A stretch of DNA of 63,715 nt, filler included, from Octopus bimaculoides (taxonomy: Eukaryota), in assembly GCF_001194135.2 (NCBI RefSeq). It is 7 parts of 7 records of this genome, joined end to end, with 100 filler letters (N's around TTAATTAATTAA, not from the genome) between each part and the next. Parts side by side here need not be neighbours in the genome. Positions count along the whole stretch, not along the records: positions 1 to 4,246 come from NC_068984.1; positions 4,347 to 21,576 come from NC_068985.1; 5 more parts are not named here. One strand, written 5' to 3'. The position numbers were made by a program, and so were the translations under genes. Shown here piece after piece: positions 1-11,501 of the stretch; positions within the stretch are counted from its first letter, which is position 1, and every line of letters begins with the position of its first letter. The notes under the pieces are model-generated. The model did not search any database and was not told the DNA's origin. It worked only from the letters and a program-made list of their open reading frames with translations.

Positions 1-418
1 CAAGTCATAACCTTATCCATCTATTGTTTTCATAATCGGTCATAATGTCTTATGTTTAAGATGATTCCCATGCTTTCCCTGATGAGAAGGTTACAATTTT
101 AATATCAAAGATCCCTATGGATCACACAGGTTGTAATCCTTTGAAACATATGTAGGAATAAAGTATGCAATTATAACATGCGTTTTCTCCATTCCTTAAA
201 TTCTTAAATATACTCAAATACCCAAAATTTCAAGGAGTTCCTGCCTTAAAAACAGGAACTAAACCACAGTTATTTTGTGTTCTTTGCTACATTGGTTTCT
301 ATTAACCCATTTATTCTATCAGAAGAATTTTTATTCATTAAGATAGAAGAAATACACATAATTATATATATATATATGTATGTATGTATGCGTATATATA
401 TGTATGTATGTATCTATC

Positions 419-800
419 AGGGCCGTTGTGTGGCACGTAAAAAGCACCATTCAAGCGTATTCATTACCAGCGTCACCTTACTGGCACTTGTGGTGGTGGT
501 ACGTGGAAAACAACATTCGAGCAAGTGCGTTGCCAGTGCCGCTGGACTGGCTCCTGAGCAGGTGACATGTAAAAACACCTTTTGAGCATGGCCGTTGCCA
601 GTACCACCTGACTGTCCCTCATGCCGGTGGCACGTAAAAGCACCCACTACACTCTCAGAGTGGTTGGCATTAGGAAGGGCATCCAGCTGTAGAAACTCTG
701 CCAGATCAGATTGGAGCCTGGTGCAGCCATCTGATTCACTAGTCCCCAGTGAAACCGTCCAACCTATGCCAGCATGGAAAGCGGACGTTAAACGATGATG
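419..800 (+). mobile_element. SINE-like repeat with internal ~65-bp repeats and an RTE-type 3' tail ending in (GAT)n
   Basis: The motif GG(C/T)ACGT-AAAA-CACC recurs about 4 times. The 3' part (GGAAGGGCATCCAGCTGTAGAAAC...CCAGCATGGAAAGCGGACGTTAAAC-GATGATGAT) recurs in reverse at 4046-4246. Confidence 0.75.
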
Positions 801-811
801 ATGATGATGTG

Positions 812-847
<36 letters not shown>

Positions 848-854
848 TCGCCAT

Positions 855-1044
855 GATAGATCACTGACCACTACATTTATATTTTTTTCTCCTTGTTTCT
901 CTCCTTATTTCTTTCTGTGTTCCTTTCAGTTGAAGAGCGTAGCTCGAAATGTCAAAGACCTTCTCTATTCCCGAGCGTTAAACTAATACATCCATTTGTT
1001 GTTTACACCACCTGTCTTCGTCTGTTGTTTTTTCGTAAATTCTC

Positions 1045-1047
<3 letters not shown>
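855..1047 (+). mobile_element. Dispersed repeat flanked by (TA)n, carrying a degenerate minimal hammerhead motif
   Basis: CTTT-CAGTTGA-A-GAGC-GTA-GCTC-GAAA-T-GTC-AAAG at 923-957. Related copies lie at 39590-39703 and 63480-63680 and share the downstream CGAGCGTTAAACTAA-like motif. Confidence 0.65.
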
Positions 1048-1088
<41 letters not shown>

Positions 1089-1197
1089 GCTGATTAATCA
1101 TTCCTTTATCTTTTTCCATTATTTTCCTCCGTCATTTCTTTTCCTTATGGTCTCAAATGTGGAATCACCAGAGTAAACGTAGATTTTCTTTGTCAAG

Positions 1198-1345
1198 AAC
1201 TGAAAGTAGCGGCACATTTGTTTCACTACCTTCATCATTCAGTACCAAGCATGACTTCAATCGTTCTGGCAACACTAGAGCTTTCCAAAAGAATATTGCT
1301 GAACAAGTGGAACCCATTCCACTACCAGCACCCAACCAGTATCAG
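1198..1345 (+). CDS. STPG1: Probable internal exon of an STPG1/MAPO2-like (sperm-tail PG-rich repeat) gene
   Basis: Translates to ...GTFVSLPSSFSTKHDFNRSGNTRAFQKNIAEQVEPIPLPAPNQYQ, resembling the STPG1 segment I recall as YTIPSDFISKRDFSNSCSSMFQLP...TPAPNYY. Phase-0 donor CAG|GTAAAG at 1345/1346. The acceptor is uncertain (AG at 1196-1197 or 1208-1209). Confidence 0.6.
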
Positions 1346-1409
1346 GTAAAGAAATAATTATTTTGATATTTCCTTATTAACTCATTTTTCCTTCTGTTAA
1401 TCTCTAAAC

Positions 1410-1921
1410 CAGTGTTTCTCAACTGGGGTTCCCTCGAACCCTAGGGTTCCGCAAAAGGTCCCTAGGGGCTCCGCGAGAAAGAGTGAGATAAGTTAATGCT
1501 AATTTCACAATCATAATATTACCGTACATGCACAACATATTATTAGTTACTGCAATATTGGAATATAGACATCATCCTATCTGACCTATTACGTTATCAA
1601 AAAAAAAATAATAACTGCCATGCATGCATGTATGTATGTATGTATGTATGTCATTATTCAGTTTATTTCAAGATTTCTTGCCAATAAAGAAAGAACCGGT
1701 TTCTAACTTAGATCCAAGGTTCCTTCATTGGAATTTCAACATCAACAGCAGGGTATTTTTGTCTGTCTGTCTGTATGTATGTATGTATGATTTTTATCAC
1801 ATGAGCTACGATGAAAAAATATGAGAAAGATATGATATATAATATTTTTTGTGCAGGGCTTCCTTGAGACATGTAATTTATTTTAAGGATTACACAAGGG
1901 TAAACAAGTTGAGAAAGACTG
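1410..1921. mobile_element. hAT (Charlie-type) non-autonomous element
   Basis: TIRs CAGTGTTTCTCAAC / GTTGAGAAAGACTG. The 8-bp TSD is CTCTAAAC (1402-1409) / ATCTAAAC (1922-1929), close to the nTCTAGAn Charlie target. Confidence 0.85.
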
Positions 1922-2289
1922 ATCTAAACATTATGAATTCAGAAGAACACAATGGTGGTGGTAGCAATGGCAATGGTAGCAGTAGCAACATGTTGGGAGG
2001 GATGAAGGAAGGAGGAGGAGGAGGGTGATGACGATGAGAACAATCCTGTTGTTGTTTAGTCCTTAGGTCAGCTCAGTCATCAAAACTGTTCCAGTCATGC
2101 CCATCCTGTCTTTTCCTTAGATATTGCATATCTAACAATGCAAGTTGGCTGAACTGGAATATATGTCAAAAAGGATTTAGTTTCATCCTTCAAATTTCAC
2201 TTGTATAGAGTTAACTATATGTTTTAATAACCTTATCTATGCTCAACTCTATTGAAAAACATGAATACTGTCTATCTTTTTTTTATGTC

Positions 2290-2397
2290 AATTCAAGGTC
2301 AATAAAATAAGTACCACTTGAGTATTGGGGTCTATGTAATTGGCTTATCTCCTCCCCTCAAATTAGTGACCTTGTGCCAAAATTTGAAAACAATAGT
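2290..2397 (+). mobile_element. 3' fragment of the main tRNA-derived SINE family
   Basis: GGTCAATAAAATAAGTACCA...GGGGTCTATGTAAT...CCTTGTGCCAAAATTTGAAA is shared with the copies at 3635-3900 and 54862-57272. Confidence 0.7.
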
Positions 2398-2513
2398 AAT
2401 GCTTCTTGATGTTAGTATACTTGATATTCTTTCAAATGACTTTCTGGTTATTTATCCTGCTTTTCCAGCTCTTCTTTTGATTTTAAGATAAGTGTATTAT
2501 GACCTGTATTTCA

Positions 2514-2807
2514 GGATGGTCATTTTTTTTCTTGCCAAATAAACGCATGTACTATATGTTCATTCTTCATTCCTTTATTATTGTTCTTCTTTTATCCTGT
2601 GTCCATTGTCTGGAAATCTTTCATCACACACCTGTGACCTCTTCAGCAACTCATCCATCTCATGTGTTTCCACTGGAGAGGTCACAGGTGTGTGACGAAA
2701 GATTTCCAGACAATGGCCGTAAGATAAAATAAGAACAATAATAAAAGAGTGAAGAACAAATTTATAGTGCATGCATTTATTTGGCAAGAAAAAAATATTG
2801 ACCATCC
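2514..2807. mobile_element. Palindromic MITE with ~125-bp inverted arms
   Basis: The left arm GGATGGTCA...CACACCTGTGACCTCT is the near reverse complement of AGAGGTCACAGGTGTG...TGACCATCC. No clear TSD. Confidence 0.8.
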
Positions 2808-2949
2808 CAAAATATTACAATATCCGTTTCAACACATGATTTCACATCAAGAACCTTACAAAACAAATTCATAAATGCATTAATACCATTAATTTTAAAA
2901 TAAAGGTCACTAGTTCAAATTTAGCCTGGTGCCATGTACATAATCAAGA

Positions 2950-2997
2950 ATTAGACACCTAATGACCTGTTTATCATCAGGTCATTAGGTGTCTAAT
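2950..2997. other. Perfect 20-bp inverted repeat with an 8-nt spacer
   Basis: ATTAGACACCTAATGACCTG tttatcat CAGGTCATTAGGTGTCTAAT. Confidence 0.95.
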
Positions 2998-3010
2998 AGA
3001 ATACCTTTAA

Positions 3011-3230
3011 CCCTTTTGTTACCATATTTCTGCCAAAATACACTGCTTTTGTTTCAATTAATTTTTGAACACAATGAAGAATTTAACAAAATAGCTGTCA
3101 TTTTCAAGCTGGTATTTGAAACATAAATTAAAATGAAATTTTGGTGGAAGCTTTCAATTTAGATCACTTTAAACAGGCACTTTATATAACAGAGCCAGGA
3201 GCAGTCTTGGGTAGATTGATCTCAAATGGG
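3011..3230. mobile_element. piggyBac-type MITE
   Basis: TTAA on both sides (3007-3010, 3231-3234). Termini CCCTTTTG / CAAATGGG. Confidence 0.7.
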
Positions 3231-3544
3231 TTAATCCTATGATTAAAGGTTTTCTAGCCATGAGCCACCTTTTCATTTTCTACATAGTATATCTAGGACT
3301 ATATTATCCTATGCATCCCTACTTAAGTCTTTTAAGACAGGAGGGTATGTTTCAGAGGAAATTTCACTGTCATTTTTAATCACCACATAGAAGCTCTTTT
3401 GTTGGTTTGTGATGGTGATAATGCTGTTACTAATGCTTTGTTATTATTTTCCCTCAAGTTAACTCTGATCATGTAGACAATCTTGTTTTTTCCTTTTTTC
3501 TAGAACGTTGAATGGCCACATAGACGTTCCCTTTTTGATATAGT

Positions 3545-3990
3545 TAAGGAGTCTGCTTTACAGCCATATGGTTTCGGGTTCAGTTCCACTGCATGATACA
3601 GCAGACAAGAGTCTATTATTTTAGCCTTTGGTTTAAGGCAGTGAGCTGGCAGAATCATTAGCATATCAAGCGAAGTGATTAGTAGTATTTCCTCTGTCTT
3701 TTAAGTTCTCAGTTCAAATTTGCCTTTTATCCTTTAGGGATCGATAAAATTTGCCTTTCATTCTTAAGGGGTTGATGAAATTTACCTTTCATCCTTTAAG
3801 AGTCAATAAAATAAGTACCAGCCAAGCACTGGAGTCAATGTAATTGACTTATCCACTCCCTAAAACTTGCTGGCTTTGTGACAAAATTTGAAACCAATAT
3901 TCTAGCCTTTGGTTGACCAATGCCTTGCAAATGAAATTTGGTAAGCAGAGGCCATATAACTGTATGAAAGCCTGTCATGTATGTGTTGTG
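3545..3990 (+). mobile_element. Nested SINEs: a main-family SINE (3635-3900) inserted in an older tRNA-headed SINE
   Basis: The outer head GTCTGCTTTACAGCCATATGGTTTCGGGTTCAGTTCC resembles 58964-59030 and resumes after 3900 (TCTAGCCTTTGGTTGACC...). The inner copy starts AAGGCAGTGAGCTGGCAGAATC. Confidence 0.65.
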
Positions 3991-4045
3991 TGTATACACA
4001 CAAATATATATTCATATCTATCAAGATATCTATATATATATATTA

Positions 4046-4246
4046 GCATGGGTTGGACGATTTGACTGAGGACTGGTGAAACCGGATGGCAACACCAGGA
4101 TCCAATCTAATTTGGCACAGTTTCTACAGCTGGATGCCCTTCCTAACGCCAACCACTCAGAGAGTGTAGTGGGTGCTTTTACGTGTCACCCGCACGAAAA
4201 CGGCCATGCTCGAAATGGTGTCTTTTATGTGTCACCCGCACAAGCC
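4046..4246 (-). mobile_element. Reverse copy of the 419-800 SINE-like family, cut by a gap
   Basis: Reverse complement matches roughly 560-780. Confidence 0.8.
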
Positions 4247-4346
4247 NNNNNNNNNNNNNNNNNNNNNNNNNNNNNNNNNNNNNNNNNNNNTTAATTAATT
4301 AANNNNNNNNNNNNNNNNNNNNNNNNNNNNNNNNNNNNNNNNNNNN
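4247..4346. other. Assembly spacer of 44 N + TTAATTAATTAA + 44 N; the same 12-mer recurs in N runs at 21621, 32924, 42700, 47212 and 50436
   Basis: An identical 12-mer with stop codons in all six frames sits inside 100-base N blocks. Confidence 0.9.
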
Positions 4347-4671
4347 TATATATATAATGCAAGAGATTTAGGGGTTAATGATTCAACCCACTAAGGGATA
4401 GTATCTATCCAATATACTGCTGGGAGGGTACCCAATTATTGTTACACTAGTGTTATATCAAGTGTAATAATTGGGTGCGGGTAAAAGGGGGATATTTTAC
4501 CCTAAATTTATATAACAATAAGAAAATGGAGGAGAGTATGCGGTATCCATCGACTTGCAGACAGTGCATTCCATTGAATTTATTTGTTTCTTTTGTAACT
4601 AAAATGACAAAAACCACAATATACAGATGCTTGGCATGGTATGTCATAAGCATCTGTATATTGTGGTTGAC

Positions 4672-4838
4672 AACTGACGCTAGTGTGTTTACGTCCCCGT
4701 AACTTAACTGTTCGGCAAAATAGATCGATAGGATAAGTACTAGGCTTACAAAGAATAAGTCCTGGGGTCGATTTGCTCGATTAAAGGCGGTGCTCCAGCA
4801 TGGCCTCAGTAAAATGGCTGAAACAAGTAAAAGAATAA
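4672..4838 (+). mobile_element. 3' part of a SINE family (same tail as 59220-59388)
   Basis: GTGTTTACGTCCCCGTAACTTA...CCAGCATGGC...TGAAACAAGTAAAAGAATAA. Confidence 0.7.
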
Positions 4839-5984
4839 TGGTTGTGTGTCAGCAAGCTACCTAGAATAGAAGACTAAATTTGAGACCATCGCCAAGCAGG
4901 TTTTAAGAATCAACAAAAAAAAAAAAAGGAAGAAAATTATGTTTTAACGTAAATCATTTCAGAAAACCGAAAGATTCCCTTCATATCTGGAGTATATAAA
5001 GTATAGTTTCTCTCAGATGCGTTGCAGCAGCAAAAAAACCAAAAATGAGAAAAAGGGGTAAACAACACGATATCTGTATAAAACAAAGTGTGAACAAAAT
5101 TGAGTACAAGTATTAATCACATATGCATTCCCATTTCTACACAAATGCGCATTGCTCTTTCAGGCTTGTACCTAAAGAAATATAATGTTTATGCAATTCA
5201 CACACTATCACGTACAAGCTTCCACACACGAACAAAACAAACATCGAACGTATGGTATTTAAATTACTTTAACATAAGGTGCAACAAGCTCCATTTTAAA
5301 CAGTGGAAAGGAACCGTTGTCTTAGATGATAAAACTACAAAGAAGAAGGGATTAGCGGTAAATTTTGTTTGTGAGTCACGGGCAAACGCGATAGGTAAAA
5401 AGCATCAGCACACGTGAAGACGCGGTCTTCTGTTAAGAATTTTACGCTGTAAAGCTGGACCCATTTCTTAGTGTTAGTACCCAAATGAAAAAACAAAAAA
5501 TAAAATCGAAAAGTGAGCGATGGACAGATGACAACTACACAGAAGCATTATATGCATTCCACAATGCAACACTATACACAAATCACACAGGAATAATTTT
5601 AAAAAAGAGACATACGTGATAAAGAGGTAAAATAATGAAGATAGAAGGAAAATGCAAAAAAAAAAAGTCCATCGATATATCTTACGAGAATGGAAATTTT
5701 CCAAAAACAGAAATAGAGAAGCTCATACAGTAAATATCCATTAAAATGAACAACTCCACGTGTACTTTACAGGTCCGATAGCCAACTGATGTACACAACT
5801 CACATTACACACACAACAGAAAATGTAAACGCTAATGCAACAAAACACTCCAAGTAGAACCTATAACAAAACAGTGATGCAATACAGAACCAAGAAGAAT
5901 TTGTACAGCCCTTTAGAAAGGTGACAATGCCACACACACCTCAACAAGAATAAAACAGAGATAGATTGCTTAATATAAGCTGTA

Positions 5985-6668
5985 AGACACTTCAGCAAAC
6001 AATAAAGGTATGAAATTAGGCATAGATAAGTGAAGTTAAAAACCAGAAAAAAGAAGCAAGTGAAGGCTTTCCATGATAGATTCCCAAAGACAGCTGCAGA
6101 AAATAGTAATAGTGAGACATGATTATGTTTGCTGAACGGAAGGCTAGAAAGAGAGACAGAAAATTTGTTAGTAGCACAGATCAAAATTTGAAGATTAATT
6201 GGATAAATGATAAATGTCATATCTAGGTCGTAAATCAAAATAGGAAAGTTTTGTTTATATGATAAGTGTAATATGCTGGTACTGAAAGACTACAAGAAAA
6301 TGCACGACAAACTAGGGAGACTACTTCACGGGAGGTTATGTAGATAGCTAGGATTTGACCATACTGATAAATGGTGTGAACATGAACCTAGTAAAGTACT
6401 AGAAAGTAAGAAGTATAAGATGTCATGGGACTTTAACATTCAGACCTACACAGTAATAGAAGTTAGGAAGCCTGATTTAGCAGGAGTACACAAAGCGAAT
6501 AGAAAGTATCACGTAACTGACTTTGAGAGGTATAGAGAAAATACAAATATGAGAGGTGTAGAGAAAGTAGCAAAGTACCAGAAACTAGCCAGTGGGTTAC
6601 TGAAGCTAAGGAAAGTTCAGGTAAAATGTGTACTTGTAGTTATAGGTGCATTGGGAACTATCTCTTAA
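5985..6668 (+). mobile_element. Decayed Dong/R4-clade LINE, C-terminal restriction-like endonuclease region
   Basis: YKKMHDKLGRLLH...KWCEHEPSKVLE...WDFNIQT...RKPDL...EKVAKYQKL...VVIGALG matches the RHD/PD-D/K-KY motifs of RLE-encoding LINEs. Stops and frameshifts are present. Confidence 0.8.
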
Positions 6669-6989
6669 CATATGAACAGATGGAGAGAGGAAATAAGCCG
6701 CACCTCCTACAGCGCCAGTAGTCAAAGTGACAAGCAGGGAGGAGCGGCAAAATATGAAAAGAAAGGAGGCGTAAGCCTTGGACAGCGAATGGTGTACAGT
6801 ATCCAGGAAGAAAAAAGAAAAGATTCCACACTTCTTCCACGAACACTTGTCTCCAGAGCATGTCCACAGACATTGACACCCAAACGGCTACCACAGTCCC
6901 CAACCCTCCACCTCTAACACTAATCTCCCCCGCCCCACAGTTACAAATATACAAACAAACACGCAGAACCCTCAAATGTCTCAATTTTT

Positions 6990-7330
6990 TTCTGTATTGT
7001 TTCTAACATTATCGACTCAGTGTAGATGTTAATGAAGTTTGATGAAAGAAAACAGTCCTGACGAACTCCTTTCTATCTTTTGAACTTTCTGAGTTCTCAT
7101 TATTTACTCGAATGTAAAGCTGCTTGATGAGCCTAATAAGGTATTTCGGAATGCCGAGATTAGAGATGATACGTCACATGTAGCCATAGTTTGCACAGCC
7201 AAAGGCCATTCTGTGGTCAATGCAGGAAAAGAAATTTGGAAGGTTGTCTATACTTTTATCTAAATGGTGCAGATGATTTCTTGTGCCAGGTTCGCTTTAA
7301 AATCAGCCTATTCTTGAGCTATTTTGGGTT
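6990..7330 (-). mobile_element. Decayed LINE reverse transcriptase fragment (RTE-like)
   Basis: The minus frame gives IDHRMAF...LGIPKYLIRLIKQLY...KGVRQDCFLSSNFINIYTE, corresponding to RT motifs A-B. Confidence 0.7.
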
Positions 7331-7937
7331 TGAGGAATGGTTTTAAACATTTTAGGATGATGACCAAAAGTGCTTCCTTTTTTATCAGCTAGAATTTAAA
7401 TCTCTTTAGCTATCCTGACCTCGATAATTAAATTCTGTATACTTTACTCAAGTAAAAGGACTATATTATCATTTTTAGAGACAATGGGAAAAATCCTATA
7501 ATTTCTGCACAAAAGTAATAAAATGGTGATATCACGTTTTATTTCGCTTTATTCATCGAAATGAGCCTATGATAGTTCGGTTTAACGAGGGCAGCAGTAT
7601 CCTATAATCTAATGTATCTCTATTTATCTTATTGTATATGAATATCCAGAAAAGAGCGATGAAAGTTATTGCTATGGTAAATTGCTCAACAAATCGCAAG
7701 GAACACTACAGCATTGGATCAAAATTGAGCAAGTTTTCACAAACGTACATTTTGTGTCTACTTTTAGAATATGCTTGGCTCTGTTAATATGAAAGGTCAT
7801 CACATTGAGAGGCATGCATTAGTTATCAATAACGTACTTCTTTGTATACCGCCAAGTTTCAACTCAAAATTCTTGTCATATAAGAAATCATTATAATCGT
7901 GATTATTAGGTGTAGTCATATACGTTTAATATAATTC

Positions 7938-7945
7938 TGAGAGAG

Positions 7946-8036
<91 letters not shown>
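7938..8036. repeat. (GA)n microsatellite
   Basis: Directly visible. Confidence 0.98.
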
Positions 8037-8037
<1 letters not shown>

Positions 8038-11000
8038 GTAGAGGGATGTGTTTGGCAAGTATAAGTATTGTCCCGAAGTACATGAGTTAGTCGTACAGGA
8101 ATTGCTTTGTAGGCCTATAGTGAAGAGTGAATTTGGGCATTCTGGTTTTGTATACATTGTACTGAAAATTAAATCCCCGAGAAGTAGATTTAATAAAATG
8201 ATATTTGTTTTCGTTCATGCAGTAAATACCGAATGTGAGTACTTCATCACTGTGCGCTACCAATTGACACCACATATTTCAGGTGCAGTAGGCATGTAAG
8301 GATATTACAATTTAACGCAGATTTCCGTTAGGCATAGCTGGAACTTTCATGTCATGATTCGGAAAGATATTTCCCGTCGTTGGGAAGTCACGCTAGAGCT
8401 TTCACAATAATTCTGTTTGAAAAGAAGAAAATAGGATTTAATCACATATTCCCTCTTTGCATAACAATGTTTTTAATCATGCAGTTCTTTATACTTAAAG
8501 TTATTGCTGGTGTTTCACAGTTCTGTTTCTCTTCTGTGCATCTATATTCAAATAATGTCCACCTTGAATTGTAAAATGTGCTTCTATTCTTTTCATTATA
8601 GATTCAATTAATTGAACACTTGTATTAATGAAGGACGAAAGAGCTAACCGAGTTGTAGTTTATATTTCTCGTATGGCTGGTATGTAACGTCGTGCTAATT
8701 CTCATTAGATAATGGTCTTGGTGAAGAATTTAATAAAAGAATAGAGTTAACCAGTGAATTAATATACAGAATATTTAGAATTCCAACATGGAATTAAAAA
8801 AAAACATTATCATTCGTGCTTATTGTCCCATCATTATCTGTATTACTAATCTATAATAAGTTTTGAAAGAGTCCTGTATTACTGCGACACATAAATCATT
8901 TCTCTGCAACTCTTTATAAATAAATCAATAAATTTATATCTCTTCTAGAAAGAGAAATGTATAACCATGAATAAAAGTCTATTAAATAATGTTACAATTA
9001 TATACTGTCACTACCTAGACCATGCTTAAGCTGAAGTTAATTGCAAGTTAGTCATGTATTTTTGCTCAAATCAAGTAAATGATTCATTTACGCTTACTCC
9101 TAAATTATGAAAAGTACTAACAGGTAGTTAAAAGTCATTATTCGTATTCTATAAATGATCAGTTCACTTTGAAGCTGAACAAAATACTCAAGCATTACAC
9201 TCTCGAGAGATTGCTACACCAAAAACAAAATATGATCCCAATATAATTTTAGAGAAAATATAATTTTGAGAAAAAAAACAAAAAAAACATAATGTTGACA
9301 ATCATATAAGAATAGGAAAATGAACATATCGGTAATAAAATAGTAAGCCTTCTTGTTATAGATAATTTACATTATATATGTTTTATTTTTGAAATTTATC
9401 AAATGTCAGTGAGATACTAAACAGCACTCGACATTTTCTACTAGGGATGCACGCTCGTAAGCTATGATAAATATTGACCATAAATTTAGCTAGTTGATGT
9501 TATCGAGGTTATTTTCCTGTGTACGTATATTTATTATACACTGCAGGACTGGTCGACGTACTAATGTACTTCAGCTCTCGTTTCATTCTTAAAGTTGTTT
9601 ATTGTTGGTAAAGCTTAATTAAAAATCTATATAAGACAAAAATGCTGTCAATGATTAACAAGATAAATGCCATGTGGCAACATTATGAAACCATTTACAA
9701 AGGAACTTACGTCTAAAAGTCAATAACAATATACCATGATAACAGCTTTTTGTTTAATTTATTTTTCATTTTCTCATATCATTTAGTTTCTCTTATTCTT
9801 CATCCTTTCTATAGTGCATGCCTGGGTTACATATTGTTAAAGATATTGATGATTTTGAGACAGAAATAGAGCTTTATTCCTTTCCAGAAATAGAGCATTG
9901 TATTAGATATCAGAATGAAGGGAAAACTTGTCAAATAATTCTCGTTAACAAATTAATAAACTTTTTATATATTGTTTATTGATTAGCTCTGGACGGTGAA
10001 TAGATAAAGTTAGGCGAGATCACATTCTGCTGAAATTGCAGCTTTTCACTTAAACTGTTGTAAGTTCAAAGCTCTAAATGCAAATGAAAGTGAACAAGGG
10101 GAAAATATGGAAACAGTTTTGATGGGGAGAAATAACTGAGTGTTATCATCATTCTGGTATTGAGGAACCATAGTACGGTGCAGAGAAGTGCGAGTGAGTG
10201 AGCCGTAAGTGTCTGATGGAGATGGCACAAAACAACCTAACATATACTTACACTAGAAAAATAATCCAAAAGAGATAGTAGTGCTGTGCAGTGGATGTCG
10301 GCATGCTTTTTCAACGACTTCATAGCAATCAGTCAAGTGGTCTTTCTTCCCTCATTTTCGCCGACGTAATAAGAGAAAACCAGGAAAAGAAAAATCGATT
10401 GTCTTTAATTTTTAAATAACTATAGACTAATTTCAAGATCTCGAGTTATGTTGTACTGAAAAACCTAGAACAAGGGAGAAATGTTACTAACCACAACAAC
10501 TGGAATATTTAATAAATGTATTTATAGAGAAATAAGGAAATGTTACATATTTTTCCCCTCTTTTCATAACAAAAATATCTTTCAACATTGGAAAAAATGT
10601 AAGCACTCAAACAGTTCTCACCTCTTAAGGATATTCACCTCTCTCTCTCGTCTCAGTAATAACTGTCTCTCTTTCTTCATAAGCAGCAACAGTTTCCAGT
10701 CATATAACTACATATATCTTATCGTGATTCTTTATGAAAAAGTTGAAATATAACATTCTTGCTAAATATATGACTGTTGATGATAGTTAAAGCAATAATT
10801 AATTAATGTTCACTTTATGGTATCGTTTACAGGATGTGTTTGTTTTTGAGATTTTCGAGAGTAAAATTCAACGATGCTTTTATTTACTCGCTGATTCTCT
10901 CTAAAATTTGATTTTTTCGTCGACAATATTTTATATATATGGATTAAGTGATACGTTATAGAGCTATTATGTATTTTATAATTCACGAAGGAACAAATTC

Positions 11001-11337
11001 GAAAGCAATTTTTATCGAGTTTCAATTTCCAAATTTATTTTGATACCTTAAACAAACACATCATACGTTCAGCAACGTTGGTGGCGAGGTTTATTTAATT
11101 GATTCATAGTCTCATTGATTCCACTTCATGTATTACTAATGTGTAAGAGCAAATGACTTATACGAACCCTTTATGACTATAATAATATCTATAATTAGCT
11201 CATATATACAAATTATTGGAAAAAAAACGAATATTTTCATCAAAAGAATGTGATAAATATTGATATATTCGTCGTTATGTTCTTTCAAAGAAATATATTA
11301 AAGAAATTCCAACAGAAAACTTGTCTGCATGCTAAGA

Positions 11338-11340
<3 letters not shown>

Positions 11341-11387
<47 letters not shown>

Positions 11388-11435
11388 NNNNNNNNNNNNN
11401 NNNNNNNNNNNNNNNNNNNNNNNNNNNNNNNNNNN

Positions 11436-11500
<65 letters not shown>
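11341..11500. repeat. (CA)n microsatellite spanning a gap
   Basis: Directly visible. Confidence 0.98.

Positions 11501-11501
<1 letters not shown>

Noticed and set aside
4428-4478. Imperfect hairpin ACCCAATTATT...AATAATTGGGT
   Set aside because: It has a bulge and is AT-rich, and no element or function could be assigned.
5370-5435. CpG-richer patch with TGAGTCA and CACGTG motifs as a possible promoter
   Set aside because: Short motifs are expected by chance and no downstream first exon was identified.
8048-8299. 83-aa non-repetitive ORF
   Set aside because: No recognisable motif and no convincing splice-site pair.
10100-10210. Strong donor GTAAGT at ~10205
   Set aside because: No open frame or recognisable peptide upstream, and it does not match GRK exon 1. 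A UTR exon cannot be excluded.
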